Positions 52,801 through 62,183 are shown, numbered from the stretch's first letter. The stretch is 64,000 nt of DNA from Candidatus Kapaibacterium sp. (GCA_963665665.1 OY762428.1:2176001-2240000), one strand, 5' to 3'. A program made the numbers and translations. Notes: a model not told the origin generated them from the sequence alone.

Positions 52801-52965
52801 AAGTGGGGCTCCCGGAGGGTGCGGCACCTGCTGCCATACTGATGCTGCTGAAAATTCCCCGCAATCCCAGAATGGAACTGTCGGCTGCACTGTTAGCATA
52901 TAAACAATCAGGGCGGTAACAAAACTTAAAATTCCAAATACCCTGTTCAATAGTTTCTGATCCAT
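49816..52965 (-). CDS. DUF2723 / TMEM260-like GT-C membrane glycosyltransferase
   Basis: FWDCGEF, VPHPPGAPLF, FWFNAVESEVY, QPRERDYFY and IFTNGDNDTFPLW; multiple TM helices. Confidence 0.92.
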   Translation of the reverse strand: MDQKLLNRVFGILSFVTALIVYMLTVQPTVPFWDCGEFSAASVWQQVPHPPGAPLFLMLGKLFHIIIPFGDDGWRINMLSVIASSLTVWLLYLITVKTILNFKKSDIKDTGDALAVYGSSFVGALALIFSDTFWFNAVESEVYAMSSLFVALVVFLMMKWNEEADKPGHERYLLLITYLIGLSLGVHLLAVQTLFSIVFLVYFRKYKFKPTTFVLTGIISIFIFAVIYIGILSWVPTMLNGHLPFKNECREFVADSPVVTLLVIAVVIAAIVGLYMGYRSKNHTLSLITSAFLLLLFGFATYMQILLRSNANPPMNENEPKDLNSLISYLGREQYGEAPNWPRRYHSNDEYYTRHYVKKDEKGEYIYGPWTPPRREEVRCKDGNGILVPKFDNPDFMGEMTFLWKYQINHMYLRYFFWNFVGRTSDLQDARAALVVSKAENEKINYLNGYKDQFPIQFYALPLILGLIGLIFHFYRDPKMAFIYLIMFLLMGVLTAIYQNQQEPQPRERDYFYAGSFFVWCLWIGMGAYGLIRGLGEKRKLPVPVIAGILAGATLLVPVNMAVGGWKIHSRAGNYLPFDYSYNILQSTEENAIIFTNGDNDTFPLWFLQDVAGVRRDVRIVNLSLGNTLWYVDQLKNREPWGAEKIPLTFSDDSLQVKESDSKALSYDFGLAQNVSIPVKKEILAQYTDDQEYINNGRFDFTFYGKPYGERDGQQFYLYRVQDKVVLEILKQVRFERPIYFSVTVGPDAFGGLDAFFRSEGMAMRVCPVRQKGGKGESIDPEIMEACLMNVDNSNDYSTTPKYGFKFRSLNDNSVYYDEVHRRLMITYRTLFISYANYALQTMQDKDKCIAILDQMNNNISTKIFPLGYEVEYNLAQLYMDAGAKDKAEKFGRDCINSCMQLINDPELKPELQYYEASGRYFGPHRRAAYLHETFKEYDQAIDVLNRLYMLIESMAARYASDPSYGQEMQKFQYAMFDVLANIDEYKIKKAIESGGTEAALIEAEKILQEHNKSNNPLAGELGRFMMSRIDRMKAQLSADSAANTENVQ

Positions 52966-53175
52966 TATAAATCAACCTAAATCATTTAACAAGTTTATTT
53001 TCAATATCATTTTCAAGCGTATACACATTTAGCTTGAACTTACAAAAATAGATAAAATTTTTTATTAATCAATTATCAATCACTAATTTTTGGGCACCAT
53101 ACCTGTAATAAACGTTTGCACGGGAAAATATTATAAACTAAATTGAATATTATTGAAAAAATTATTGGGAAGAAT

Positions 53176-54795
53176 ATGAAAAATTTAATATCAATAATCA
53201 CGATTACATTTATATTTTCAGCATCAGTATTTGCATTTACTGGTGAAATAGAAAAATCATTCGATGCCCCGGGGAAATTCGGTACCGGCCTGACATGGGA
53301 CGGGAAACATCTATGGACGGCAGATTACCGCACAGATAAAATCTATGCTCTTGATACAAACGGAAAAATTATCAAAACAATAGAAAGCCCCGGCTACTGG
53401 CCTACCGGCCTTGCTTTTGACGGTAAATACCTCTGGAACGCTGATGTTAAGGGGGGTATTCCACTATCGGAAAATTATAGTGGCAAGATATATAAAATTG
53501 ATCCCGAAAGCGGAGATATATTAAAAATATTATCTTCGCCTACTCCACAGCCACGAGACCTGGCTTGGGACGGGAAATATCTATGGACTGTTGATAACAG
53601 CGCCCGGAAACTGATTCAGTTCAGCCCCGAGGACGGCACAACTATCCGGGAGTTGACTGCCCCCAGCTCAGATTGTCGCGGATTGGCCTGGGACGGTACT
53701 TATCTTTGGGTATCGGACAGGAAGGCAAATGAAATATACATGGTTGATCTTGAATTGGAAGAAGTTATCATTGTTACTGATGCCCCGGGGGAATTTACCC
53801 GCGGGTTAGCATGGGACGGTAAAAATATCTGGGCAGCTGACTACCAGGAAGATAAAATTTATAAATTAAAAGTAAGGGATGGTGAAAATTTCAGGAGGAA
53901 AAACCCGAGGGAAGTAATTTTGAATTTCTATCACAGAACCAGGAACTACGGCCCCGGTGACGTTCTGACTCTTGATGTTCACCTACCTGTTCCTGTAAGC
54001 AGGGCTACACAGGAAATAAACGGAGATATAAAATACAGCCCGGAATACGATGATATTGTTGAGGATAACTGGGGACAGAAAACCGCTCATTACAAAAGGG
54101 AGAATATTTCCACCGGCGAAATATTCGAGACAGAATCAAGAATAAAAGCTACATTATATGAAGTAACATGGTTTGTATTTCCGGATGAGGTTGGAACATA
54201 TAAAGATATTCCTCCGGATATCAAAAGAACATACCTTGTGGACCATGAAAAATACCAGATACATAATCCGATAATTATGAAACATGTAAACGAAGCTGTA
54301 GGAACAGAGAAAAATATTTATCGGGCAGCGCGTAAAATTTATCGCTATATCCAGGAAAGAATGTATTACGAAATGGTTGGCGGATGGAATACTGCACCAA
54401 CAGTAATTGAGCGCGGAAATGGATCCTGCTCTGAATATTCATTTGTTTACATAGCTATGTGCCGTGCTGCAGGCATCCCGGCACGATATGTCGGCGCTGT
54501 TACTCACAGGAATGACGATGCCAGCATGGACGATGTGTTTCACCGCTGGGTAGAAATATACCTGCCAAACTTTGGATGGCTGCCAGTTGATCCGAGCGGT
54601 GGCGATAGTGACAATCCCCGCCACAGGGCATTGTATTTCGGACACCTGAACAATCGTTACCTGATAACAACCCAGGGCGGCGGTGGTTCTAAAACTATGG
54701 AATGGACATACAATTCAAACCATTTTATAACTACAGAACCAAAAACCAATGTGGTTGTTGACAGTTTCGCCGAATGGGAGCCTGCCGGAAAGTAG
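53176..54795 (+). CDS. Secreted beta-propeller (GLAWDGKYLW repeats) fused to a transglutaminase-like domain
   Basis: Signal peptide from MKNLISII; five GL(A/T)(W/F)DGxxLW-type repeats; catalytic triad GSCSEY / FHRWVE / PVDPS. Confidence 0.88.
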   Translation: MKNLISIITITFIFSASVFAFTGEIEKSFDAPGKFGTGLTWDGKHLWTADYRTDKIYALDTNGKIIKTIESPGYWPTGLAFDGKYLWNADVKGGIPLSENYSGKIYKIDPESGDILKILSSPTPQPRDLAWDGKYLWTVDNSARKLIQFSPEDGTTIRELTAPSSDCRGLAWDGTYLWVSDRKANEIYMVDLELEEVIIVTDAPGEFTRGLAWDGKNIWAADYQEDKIYKLKVRDGENFRRKNPREVILNFYHRTRNYGPGDVLTLDVHLPVPVSRATQEINGDIKYSPEYDDIVEDNWGQKTAHYKRENISTGEIFETESRIKATLYEVTWFVFPDEVGTYKDIPPDIKRTYLVDHEKYQIHNPIIMKHVNEAVGTEKNIYRAARKIYRYIQERMYYEMVGGWNTAPTVIERGNGSCSEYSFVYIAMCRAAGIPARYVGAVTHRNDDASMDDVFHRWVEIYLPNFGWLPVDPSGGDSDNPRHRALYFGHLNNRYLITTQGGGGSKTMEWTYNSNHFITTEPKTNVVVDSFAEWEPAGK

Positions 54796-54823
54796 ATAGA
54801 GTTAAAAAATATACTTTTTTGAC

Positions 54824-54862
54824 AAAAAGGGATTAGCATAATTTTTATTTGCTAATCCCTTT
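54824..54862. terminator. Bidirectional terminator
   Basis: AAAGGGATTAGCA...TGCTAATCCCTTT. Confidence 0.7.
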
Positions 54863-55005
54863 AATTTTCAAGACTTCAGAAATCATTACTCCGAATCTAA
54901 ATTTCAAAGGTCTGAAAGGCTCGTATTGAAAAAAAAATTCAACGGCATAAAAAATAAACTGATTTTTTACAAGCCACCAGAATCAGTCCCGGTATTCGAA
55001 ATCCG

Positions 55006-56286
55006 TCACATCCCGAGCAGATTCTGCACGTATAGTTCTTCAATACCTATCTCGTTTTTCAGGAAGGCCTGTATTTCCGCTTTCTCGTGCAGTCGGATTA
55101 TTGTTGAAAATCCTTCGGCGTCCCTTGTAACGAACAGGATATTTTCCAGTCCTGCGAATTTTACTATCTCGGGGTTGTGCGTACTGGTTATTATCTGCTT
55201 GCGCGTGCATGCGTCCTTCATCATATCTATAATTTTTGATATAAGGTGCGGGTGTATCCTTCTTTCCGGCTCTTCGAATATTGCGAAGGGTTTTTTCTCG
55301 AAATAAAGCGCGACTATAAGGGCTATAATAAATATGGTGCCCTCGGACATCAGCGACGCAGGGAGGTCCTTTTGGGACTGGTATTTTTCCTTAATCACCA
55401 GCTGCAGATAGCGGTCCATGTGTTTTTCCACCCTGATCGAATCGATAAAGGGCAGCACGTCGGATACGAAATTGAAGAACATCCTTTTGCGCTCCTCGTC
55501 TTCGAGTATTCGCCGGATTACTATTGCCAGGTTTTCGCCGTTCTTTTCCAGGTCGGCTTTTGCCGCTACCGAAGCCATGTACTTGGGATACTTGGGTTCG
55601 AAATCGTATATGGTTATATCGTGAATGTATCGCGCCACTTTTTCGAAGGGGAACATGTAGAATATCGGCGATTCCAGAATCAGCACACGTGACTGCTTTT
55701 CCTGCAGGAATTTCAGCATATCTTTTATCAGCGGGAACAGCGAGTTGTGCGAAACCGGGAATTCCCCGTCCGGGCGGAAATCAATCGAAGGTTTGCCACT
55801 GTCATTTTTTATCTCTAAGCTACCGGTGCAAATATAATTTTCCTCATTCGGCAGGGTTTCGATATTATCGGAGCGGTGAAAATCGAAAACAGCCTCCATC
55901 CTGTCTTTTTTAATAGCGTATTCCTTGTCCTTTGCCGGAAAATTCAGCGAGAAGGAGTAGTTAAACTTTTTCAGCCGCAGGTTTATAGGCCCGGCTTCGG
56001 TGTCGCGGCTGACTCCATAGGCCTTCAGTGGCTCTATTTCAATACACAGGCTGAGGTCGTCGTTTTTCTTCCTCAGGTTTATATTCCGCACGTAGTCCGA
56101 GCCGCCCTGCATCGATATAGCGTTTTCCAGCCCGTGGTAAACAATATCCCTTACAAACCTGAAAACGGACAGCAGGTTGGATTTCCCGGCGCCGTTAGGC
56201 CCAATCAGCACATTGAAATTGTTCAGGCCTATACTGATATCTCTGAAACTCTTGAAGTTCTTAATTTTTAATTTTTTCAGCAGCAT
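55006..56286 (-). CDS. ABC-type AAA_21 ATPase (AbiEii/OLD/RecF-like)
   Basis: IKNFKSF, GPNGAGKSN, signature MSEGT, Walker B FEEPE and H-loop STHNP. Confidence 0.9.
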   Translation of the reverse strand: MLLKKLKIKNFKSFRDISIGLNNFNVLIGPNGAGKSNLLSVFRFVRDIVYHGLENAISMQGGSDYVRNINLRKKNDDLSLCIEIEPLKAYGVSRDTEAGPINLRLKKFNYSFSLNFPAKDKEYAIKKDRMEAVFDFHRSDNIETLPNEENYICTGSLEIKNDSGKPSIDFRPDGEFPVSHNSLFPLIKDMLKFLQEKQSRVLILESPIFYMFPFEKVARYIHDITIYDFEPKYPKYMASVAAKADLEKNGENLAIVIRRILEDEERKRMFFNFVSDVLPFIDSIRVEKHMDRYLQLVIKEKYQSQKDLPASLMSEGTIFIIALIVALYFEKKPFAIFEEPERRIHPHLISKIIDMMKDACTRKQIITSTHNPEIVKFAGLENILFVTRDAEGFSTIIRLHEKAEIQAFLKNEIGIEELYVQNLLGM

Positions 56287-56447
56287 TATTCAATTCCTTA
56301 ATTTCTTTGTTGCAATTTAAGAATTAATCTCCTGAATTTGCAACCTGGGAGATAAAACTTATGAAAAAATTCTTTTCTTTCAATATTCTGAGATTAGGAA
56401 TCCATTTAATTTTTGAAGCCTCTGTTTTGATTATTCCAATTCAATAC

Positions 56448-56700
56448 CTCTGACCCCTCCCAAACACACGCGGTGTGGAACCCTCGCAAGGGGACGTGCC
56501 TCCCCGAAGGGGAGGGCTTTGCAGTAAGCCCCTGCACTCTTTCCCAAGCCCCCGCTTGGGAAGGTAAGTTACCGGCGAATTTACTATTAAGCACTCTTAG
56601 TGTAGCATTGCGAAGCGGGGCTTCGCTACGAGACTGAATATAAAAGCACCGTCGTGACGATAATTGTATCTACAAAAATTTCGCTCCTACGGAGCTTTTT
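56448..56700. repeat. Cluster of REP-like elements, including a copy of the array hairpin with a nested 33-bp insertion
   Basis: CTCTGACCCCTCCCAAAC[33 nt]CCTCCCCGAAGGGGAGGGCTTTG, TTCCCAAGCCCCCGCTTGGGAA, GCGAAGCGGGGCTTCGC and TCGCTCCTACGGAGCT. Confidence 0.75.
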
Positions 56701-56764
56701 CTATATCATTTCATCATAGCTATGAGAAGTTTTTAAAAACAATTTTCAATCCCAATACAAGCAA

Positions 56765-59005
56765 CTACCTTCCCACAACCACGGGCACAGTCCTTGTTGT
56801 GCCGCCAAGCCGTATATTAATAAAATACACTCCTGATGAGACCGAAGAACAATCCCAGCTTATTTCGCCGCGATATACATTCATTTTGTTAATGCTTATA
56901 TCGCCGGGCTTGCTAACCAGCTTACCTGTGTAGTCGTGCACGGTTATTGCAGCGTTTTGAATGTCGTACCTACTGTCCCAGTATATTTCCGTACTAACGT
57001 GGTTGTTTGCAGGCTGTGGATAAGGCGGATAGTTGTACATTTTTATACCTTCTGCCCGTGGTTCTTCTACTGGGGTATCTTTATGGAATGTAAATTTGAG
57101 CAGATTTTGACCTGAGCAATATGCATAGATCAAATCATTAAATTGATTCTCAAAATTCCATACAAAATAGCCTGGTACAGAGGCAAACTCCCATTCATAA
57201 GGATTATCATCAATATTGTTGCAATAAACCAGTCCGTTAATTGCCCCAGCTATCAGCTTATTATCAAATTTAAAAATACCGTCATAATTTTCATTAAATT
57301 TTATTCGAATTAGTTGTTTAGTTTTTTCTGAAATATTAACTTTATACAAAATATGCCTGCAATTCGAATCTTTATCATCAACCCAAACAAAACCTCTCAT
57401 ATAAATAATATCATCAATAATTGACATATTATGCAATAATGTATCCATCATATCTAATGTCATTAATGTATCCCAATTCCCTCCTGGTTCATCTGAATAT
57501 AAGAGCTGGTATGGATTATGGTCACTTGCTCTTCCGGGTATCGGACGTCGGTCTTTGGCAAGGGCTAAGTAGCCGGAGCCATATTCTTCTATTTTATAGA
57601 TGTTTACAGAATCAATTATTTCTTTGCTAATAAAGTTCATATCAAGATCGAGAGTAAAAAGAAGTGTATAATACCAGGATTGATACCTGCCTGGAAAATA
57701 GATCTTGTATTCATCATTATCCCTTATAATGGGAGCATATTTATCAAATATATAATGTCCTATACCTTCAATGTATTTTGTTTGAAAAGTTTCCCCGCCG
57801 TCATTTGTATAAATAACATTCGGTAATCCGGCCGGTGTGCCGCTTCCAACAATAATTCCACGTCCGTCTTCATTGAAATAAAATGTAGAACTTGTAGGCC
57901 AGTTGGATAATTTTTCATCCATTTTTATTTCTGTTTTCCATGTTATACCCCCATTGGTTGTTTTATATACTACTCCATCATCCGACTTTTGGAAACCAGT
58001 TTCTTTACTAATCCACTGCCTGTTAAAACCTGGTTTAAAATATGATATAAAATCCCAATTAATACCACCGTCAGAAGATTTCAAAATTAAATTATCATAT
58101 CCGTATGCATAAATTTCCTTATCATTTATAAAATCAAATCCGATTGGAATTAAAATTTCACAATAACGTTTCAGGTCGGGATTGCTTATCTGTTCATAAT
58201 CAGGAGCATTGTTTTTATAGAAATATAACTGATCATTTATTTCTCCAAAACCGCTCTGCTTCAATTGTAATGAATATATTTCATCTTCATTTACATTATA
58301 TGAATTGCCAATAATATCCACTTTTGTAAAGGAAATTAAATCGGAACTTTTATAAAGATCGCCAGCAATCTTTAAATAGAAATAGTTCTCTGATTTTTCG
58401 AAGCTTTGTACTTTCCCTGTGGAATCACAATACGATTTTTCCGAAAAATCAATAATTTCAGGCCCGTTATCTATACTATTTTTGTATTTGAAGAGTAATC
58501 CGTTTTTAGTACCTGCCAATAAATTATCCCCGAATGTTTCAATTTCACTTATTACAATTCCGCTGTCATAATCTTTAGTATTTAACAAGTTAAAATCATT
58601 ATCATAGACAAATATTGAATTTTCACTAACAACAATATATTCATCATTGAATTTTACTATATCAACAAATTCTTCATCGGGGGGATTATCCAATTGCTTC
58701 TTGTAAATAATATTACCTTCATCGTCAAGTCGGAATAATCCGCTTTCATACACCCCGTAAAATCCCCCTGTTTCACTTCTCATCTCTTTGATACTAAATT
58801 CGTTTTCGGTAATTGTGATTGATTTCCATTCGGAATTATCATGATTGGATCTGTTTATATAATTATTTGTTCCGTAAAAGAATACATATTTATCATTTGA
58901 TACAATTCCCCGGTACTGATGAAATACAAGGTCTATATAATCGAATTTCAGCCCGGCATTGGCAGTATAAATAATTAATAAAAGTAACGGTAATATCTTT
59001 TTCAT
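56765..59005 (-). CDS. Secreted beta-propeller protein with T9SS-like CTD
   Basis: Signal peptide, Asp-boxes (KSSDGGINW, KTTNGGITW, YTNDGGETF) and a CTD PPYPQPAN...SSGVYFINI...VVVGR. Confidence 0.85.
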   Translation of the reverse strand: MKKILPLLLLIIYTANAGLKFDYIDLVFHQYRGIVSNDKYVFFYGTNNYINRSNHDNSEWKSITITENEFSIKEMRSETGGFYGVYESGLFRLDDEGNIIYKKQLDNPPDEEFVDIVKFNDEYIVVSENSIFVYDNDFNLLNTKDYDSGIVISEIETFGDNLLAGTKNGLLFKYKNSIDNGPEIIDFSEKSYCDSTGKVQSFEKSENYFYLKIAGDLYKSSDLISFTKVDIIGNSYNVNEDEIYSLQLKQSGFGEINDQLYFYKNNAPDYEQISNPDLKRYCEILIPIGFDFINDKEIYAYGYDNLILKSSDGGINWDFISYFKPGFNRQWISKETGFQKSDDGVVYKTTNGGITWKTEIKMDEKLSNWPTSSTFYFNEDGRGIIVGSGTPAGLPNVIYTNDGGETFQTKYIEGIGHYIFDKYAPIIRDNDEYKIYFPGRYQSWYYTLLFTLDLDMNFISKEIIDSVNIYKIEEYGSGYLALAKDRRPIPGRASDHNPYQLLYSDEPGGNWDTLMTLDMMDTLLHNMSIIDDIIYMRGFVWVDDKDSNCRHILYKVNISEKTKQLIRIKFNENYDGIFKFDNKLIAGAINGLVYCNNIDDNPYEWEFASVPGYFVWNFENQFNDLIYAYCSGQNLLKFTFHKDTPVEEPRAEGIKMYNYPPYPQPANNHVSTEIYWDSRYDIQNAAITVHDYTGKLVSKPGDISINKMNVYRGEISWDCSSVSSGVYFINIRLGGTTRTVPVVVGR

Positions 59006-59035
59006 TACGTAACCTTTTTAATAAATTAGCAAAAT

Positions 59036-59070
59036 ACTCATCCGATCACTTAAAGTGATCGGATGAGTTT
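59036..59070. repeat. REP-like palindrome (same family as 33016-33050)
   Basis: ACTCATCCGATCACTTAAAGTGATCGGATGAGT. Confidence 0.75.
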
Positions 59071-59077
59071 AAATAAT

Positions 59078-59692
59078 CTAATCTAAATCGCAATCAACAA
59101 CAAAACATTCCGTCATCCAGTCCTCATCCGGGTCAAATTCTTCCCAATCAGAGAAATCAGGCATTTCAGCCGAGCACATTTCGTTATCAACAGATTGTGT
59201 ACCAACCAACTCCTTTATAACCTGCGGTGGTATAGCTGTATAGTCAGTACATATCTTATACATCACCTTGCACTCCCCTTCGTACCCGCAATTTATTATA
59301 TTGCAAATCTCATTAACATGGTCGTTTATAACCTTCCAGCATTTTGCCCTGCTGTACATCACATTGTATGTCATTACCAGGCAGGGTGGAAATGAATTAT
59401 CCATCATTAATTTATTTATTATTGCTTCGTTCAAATTATTCCAAAAAGCACTAGTACCAATCATTTCAATACAATAATTATCATAGGCTATCCAGTCGAT
59501 TCTTGTATATACAACCCCATTGGGATCAGTCATATAGCAATAATATATAGTATAATCGCATCCGTTATATGTATTTGAAACCGTATCAGCTGACCAGCCG
59601 TCGGGGCAATCTGCCTCTGCTTCCTGAATAAGACTGAGAAACAAAACAAATAGAACAGCGAATAAAACGATTAGATTTTTGCCTGTTTTCAT
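59078..59692 (-). CDS. Secreted cysteine-rich hypothetical protein (13 Cys, acidic tail)
   Basis: Signal peptide MKTGKNLIVLF...AEA; mature region CPDGW...CDLD. Confidence 0.8.
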   Translation of the reverse strand: MKTGKNLIVLFAVLFVLFLSLIQEAEADCPDGWSADTVSNTYNGCDYTIYYCYMTDPNGVVYTRIDWIAYDNYCIEMIGTSAFWNNLNEAIINKLMMDNSFPPCLVMTYNVMYSRAKCWKVINDHVNEICNIINCGYEGECKVMYKICTDYTAIPPQVIKELVGTQSVDNEMCSAEMPDFSDWEEFDPDEDWMTECFVVDCDLD

Positions 59693-60096
59693 GGCAAACT
59701 CCTGCAAATTATTAATAAATTGTATTTATTAATAAACAATGATACGGCATTATTCCGTGCCTATTATTCTTCTTTCATATTATGTTTTTTATTACCGATC
59801 TTACGAATCAAAATTTTCCTCTCACCCCATTTTGTCAAAATATATGGCTTTCAGGGGAAGTATCAACTCATTAATTATTTGCTGCACAAAGTAAAAAAAA
59901 AAAAATGACTTTTGCAAGTAAATATACAAAGAGTAAATGTTTGTAAAACACTGATCTTGCTGATTTTTGAATTTTACACAGGGTAGTATTGTTTATAAAA
60001 TTGAAACGGAATCTGATTAAAATTTTTTTCCATCTGAATTTAATATTATTTTGCACAATGAATGATAAATAACAGAATACAATCAGGGAGATTAGA

Positions 60097-60504
60097 ATGC
60101 CCGAACGTCCCTTTGCTGAAAAAAGTAACAAACCCGATGAAAGTTCGCTTGAAAAAGCGCTTGGCAAAACCGCTGGATTTTATTCACGTTTGGATAAGTT
60201 AACCACCGGATACTTAAAATCATGGAGCTGGTACAAAGCCAGCGGCTGGATACAAAAAGTGGCAGATAAGAAGAAAGCTCTTTTTTACTTTATTCCATTT
60301 AATAACAATTTCACGCTGAGCATGACAATACGTGAAAGTGAAAAAGATACTTTATCTTCAACGGATGATAAGGCCGACTATCATGAAATAATGAATACGG
60401 CAAAAAAATATCATGAGGGATATAATATTGTTTTTGAAATTGAGGATGAAAAAAGCTATGAATTTGCAGAAAGATTTATTAAAGAAATAATGGCCTTAAG
60501 ATAA
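60097..60504 (+). CDS. DUF3788-like hypothetical protein
   Basis: F...KPD...LG...W.WYKASGW...KKKALFYFIP...AKKYHEG pattern. Confidence 0.65.
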   Translation: MPERPFAEKSNKPDESSLEKALGKTAGFYSRLDKLTTGYLKSWSWYKASGWIQKVADKKKALFYFIPFNNNFTLSMTIRESEKDTLSSTDDKADYHEIMNTAKKYHEGYNIVFEIEDEKSYEFAERFIKEIMALR

Positions 60505-60587
60505 ATTTAATAGCTTCAATTATAACTTATTATAAATTGTTTCATATTTGATTAAGAATTGTTATATTAATAACAATTCTGTTTACT

Positions 60588-61559
60588 ATGTCTTCACTAT
60601 TTTTAGGGATAATTATGGATATGTCTCAAACTGACCCCCGTACCAGCCTTTTATCTAAAGAAGAGTTTGAGGAACTTGAAAATCAGGTAAAATCCTTTAC
60701 AACAAGAAATAACAAGAAGATTATTTATCACGAATTTGGCGATCCAAACGGCGAGCCGATAGTATTTTATCATGGCACAGGATCGCATATCCACAGCCTG
60801 CTTCTGCACGAACCGGCAAAGGAATACGGCTTCAGAATGATTACTCCCGACCGCCCCGGAGTTGGCGATTCGGAATTCTGGGAATGGCAGTTAACTGATT
60901 TTGCCGGCGATGTCAGCGACCTGGCCGACCATCTGAATATCGGGAAATTTGGCATAATGGGCATTTCCGGCGGCGGCCCGACATTATATGCCACGGCTTA
61001 TAAAATACCGGAAAGGCTGAACTTCTGTGTTGACCTTGCCTGTGCAAAACCAGTATTCACAGATCCGGAAATGATAAAGGATCAGGGCTTTGCTGATAAA
61101 TTTTACGCTAAAGTTGGGGCCAAATTACCTTTGGCTTTGTTCGAGATTCCTTACGGAATTCTCGGCACAATGCAGAGAATGATGAAAAGCCCGAAATCAT
61201 TTGCAAAAATGTTTGAAAGCAGCCTTTCAGATACAGATAAAGAAATATTTGATAATCCGGACTTTCAATACTTGTTCATGCACGATTTTCAGTACCTGTT
61301 TAAACACGGGGCAAAAGGGCCGGCCTATGATGCACAGACAAATTACCGGGAATGGGATTTTGATATCAAAAACGTTGAATTTCCGATTCAGGTATATCAG
61401 GGCGGGGCTGATAAATTTATCCCTCCAATGCACAGCCAGTGGCTGATAGGAAAATTGAAAAATGTTAATATTACTACATACGAAGGGCAGGGACATTTTT
61501 ATCACGTGGTATACGGATACCAGCTTTTGAAGAGCGTAAAAGAAAAATATTTTGGCTAA
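60588..61559 (+). CDS. Alpha/beta-fold hydrolase
   Basis: HGTG, PDRPGVG, nucleophile elbow GISGGG, QGGAD and EGQGHF. Confidence 0.9.
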   Translation: MSSLFLGIIMDMSQTDPRTSLLSKEEFEELENQVKSFTTRNNKKIIYHEFGDPNGEPIVFYHGTGSHIHSLLLHEPAKEYGFRMITPDRPGVGDSEFWEWQLTDFAGDVSDLADHLNIGKFGIMGISGGGPTLYATAYKIPERLNFCVDLACAKPVFTDPEMIKDQGFADKFYAKVGAKLPLALFEIPYGILGTMQRMMKSPKSFAKMFESSLSDTDKEIFDNPDFQYLFMHDFQYLFKHGAKGPAYDAQTNYREWDFDIKNVEFPIQVYQGGADKFIPPMHSQWLIGKLKNVNITTYEGQGHFYHVVYGYQLLKSVKEKYFG

Positions 61560-61619
61560 TAATATGCTATTGGTGATTATTAATCATTTTTATTATTCTA
61601 GTTCCTTATATTAAATAAC

Positions 61620-61651
61620 AAACGGGAAAACCACAGATAGTTTTCCCGTTT
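61620..61651. terminator. Bidirectional terminator
   Basis: AAACGGGAAAAC...GTTTTCCCGTTT. Confidence 0.75.
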
Positions 61652-61689
61652 GATTATGTAGTTATTTCTTTTCTTTAAACCGATACAGA

Positions 61690-61905
61690 TCAGTTTCTGC
61701 GTGTCATCAGCCTGGTACGCATGGATATTATCTTTTGGTAGAAATGATCCAGAGCCTCGTCCAAGTCATTGTCATTAAACGAAAAACCGTGATTACTGAT
61801 CAAATCTTTCCTGTCATTTTTATCTATAGTATTTTTGAACTCTCTCCAGAAATCATCATCCGTTGCAAGTCTTTCAAGATATAATTTCGCGCTTGTTACT
61901 GACAT
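61690..61905 (-). CDS. Nif11-like leader-peptide family small protein
   Basis: MSVTSAKLYLERLATDDDF...HGFSFNDNDL, preceded by AGGAG. Confidence 0.7.
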   Translation of the reverse strand: MSVTSAKLYLERLATDDDFWREFKNTIDKNDRKDLISNHGFSFNDNDLDEALDHFYQKIISMRTRLMTRRN

Positions 61906-62183
61906 TTTCAAATCTCCTACGATGGAATCCTTCCAATTTTTTCCTAATACATTGCAAGTTGTGTGCCAAAACCTGAATTTAGTGTTAAAAAAAAGGCGCC
62001 TTATTAATTCAAGGGATCAACTTTAAACTTTTTATCAATGTACATGCAATGTTATCGGCAAAAAGAATCCCAAGTTTAGCTTTTGTGGAAATTATTTTTA
62101 AAAATAAGTAAAAATACTTAGACACTGACATCGTTTGCTGAAAATAAAGGTTGATTGTGAAACAACATTCTATTCAAAACCAG

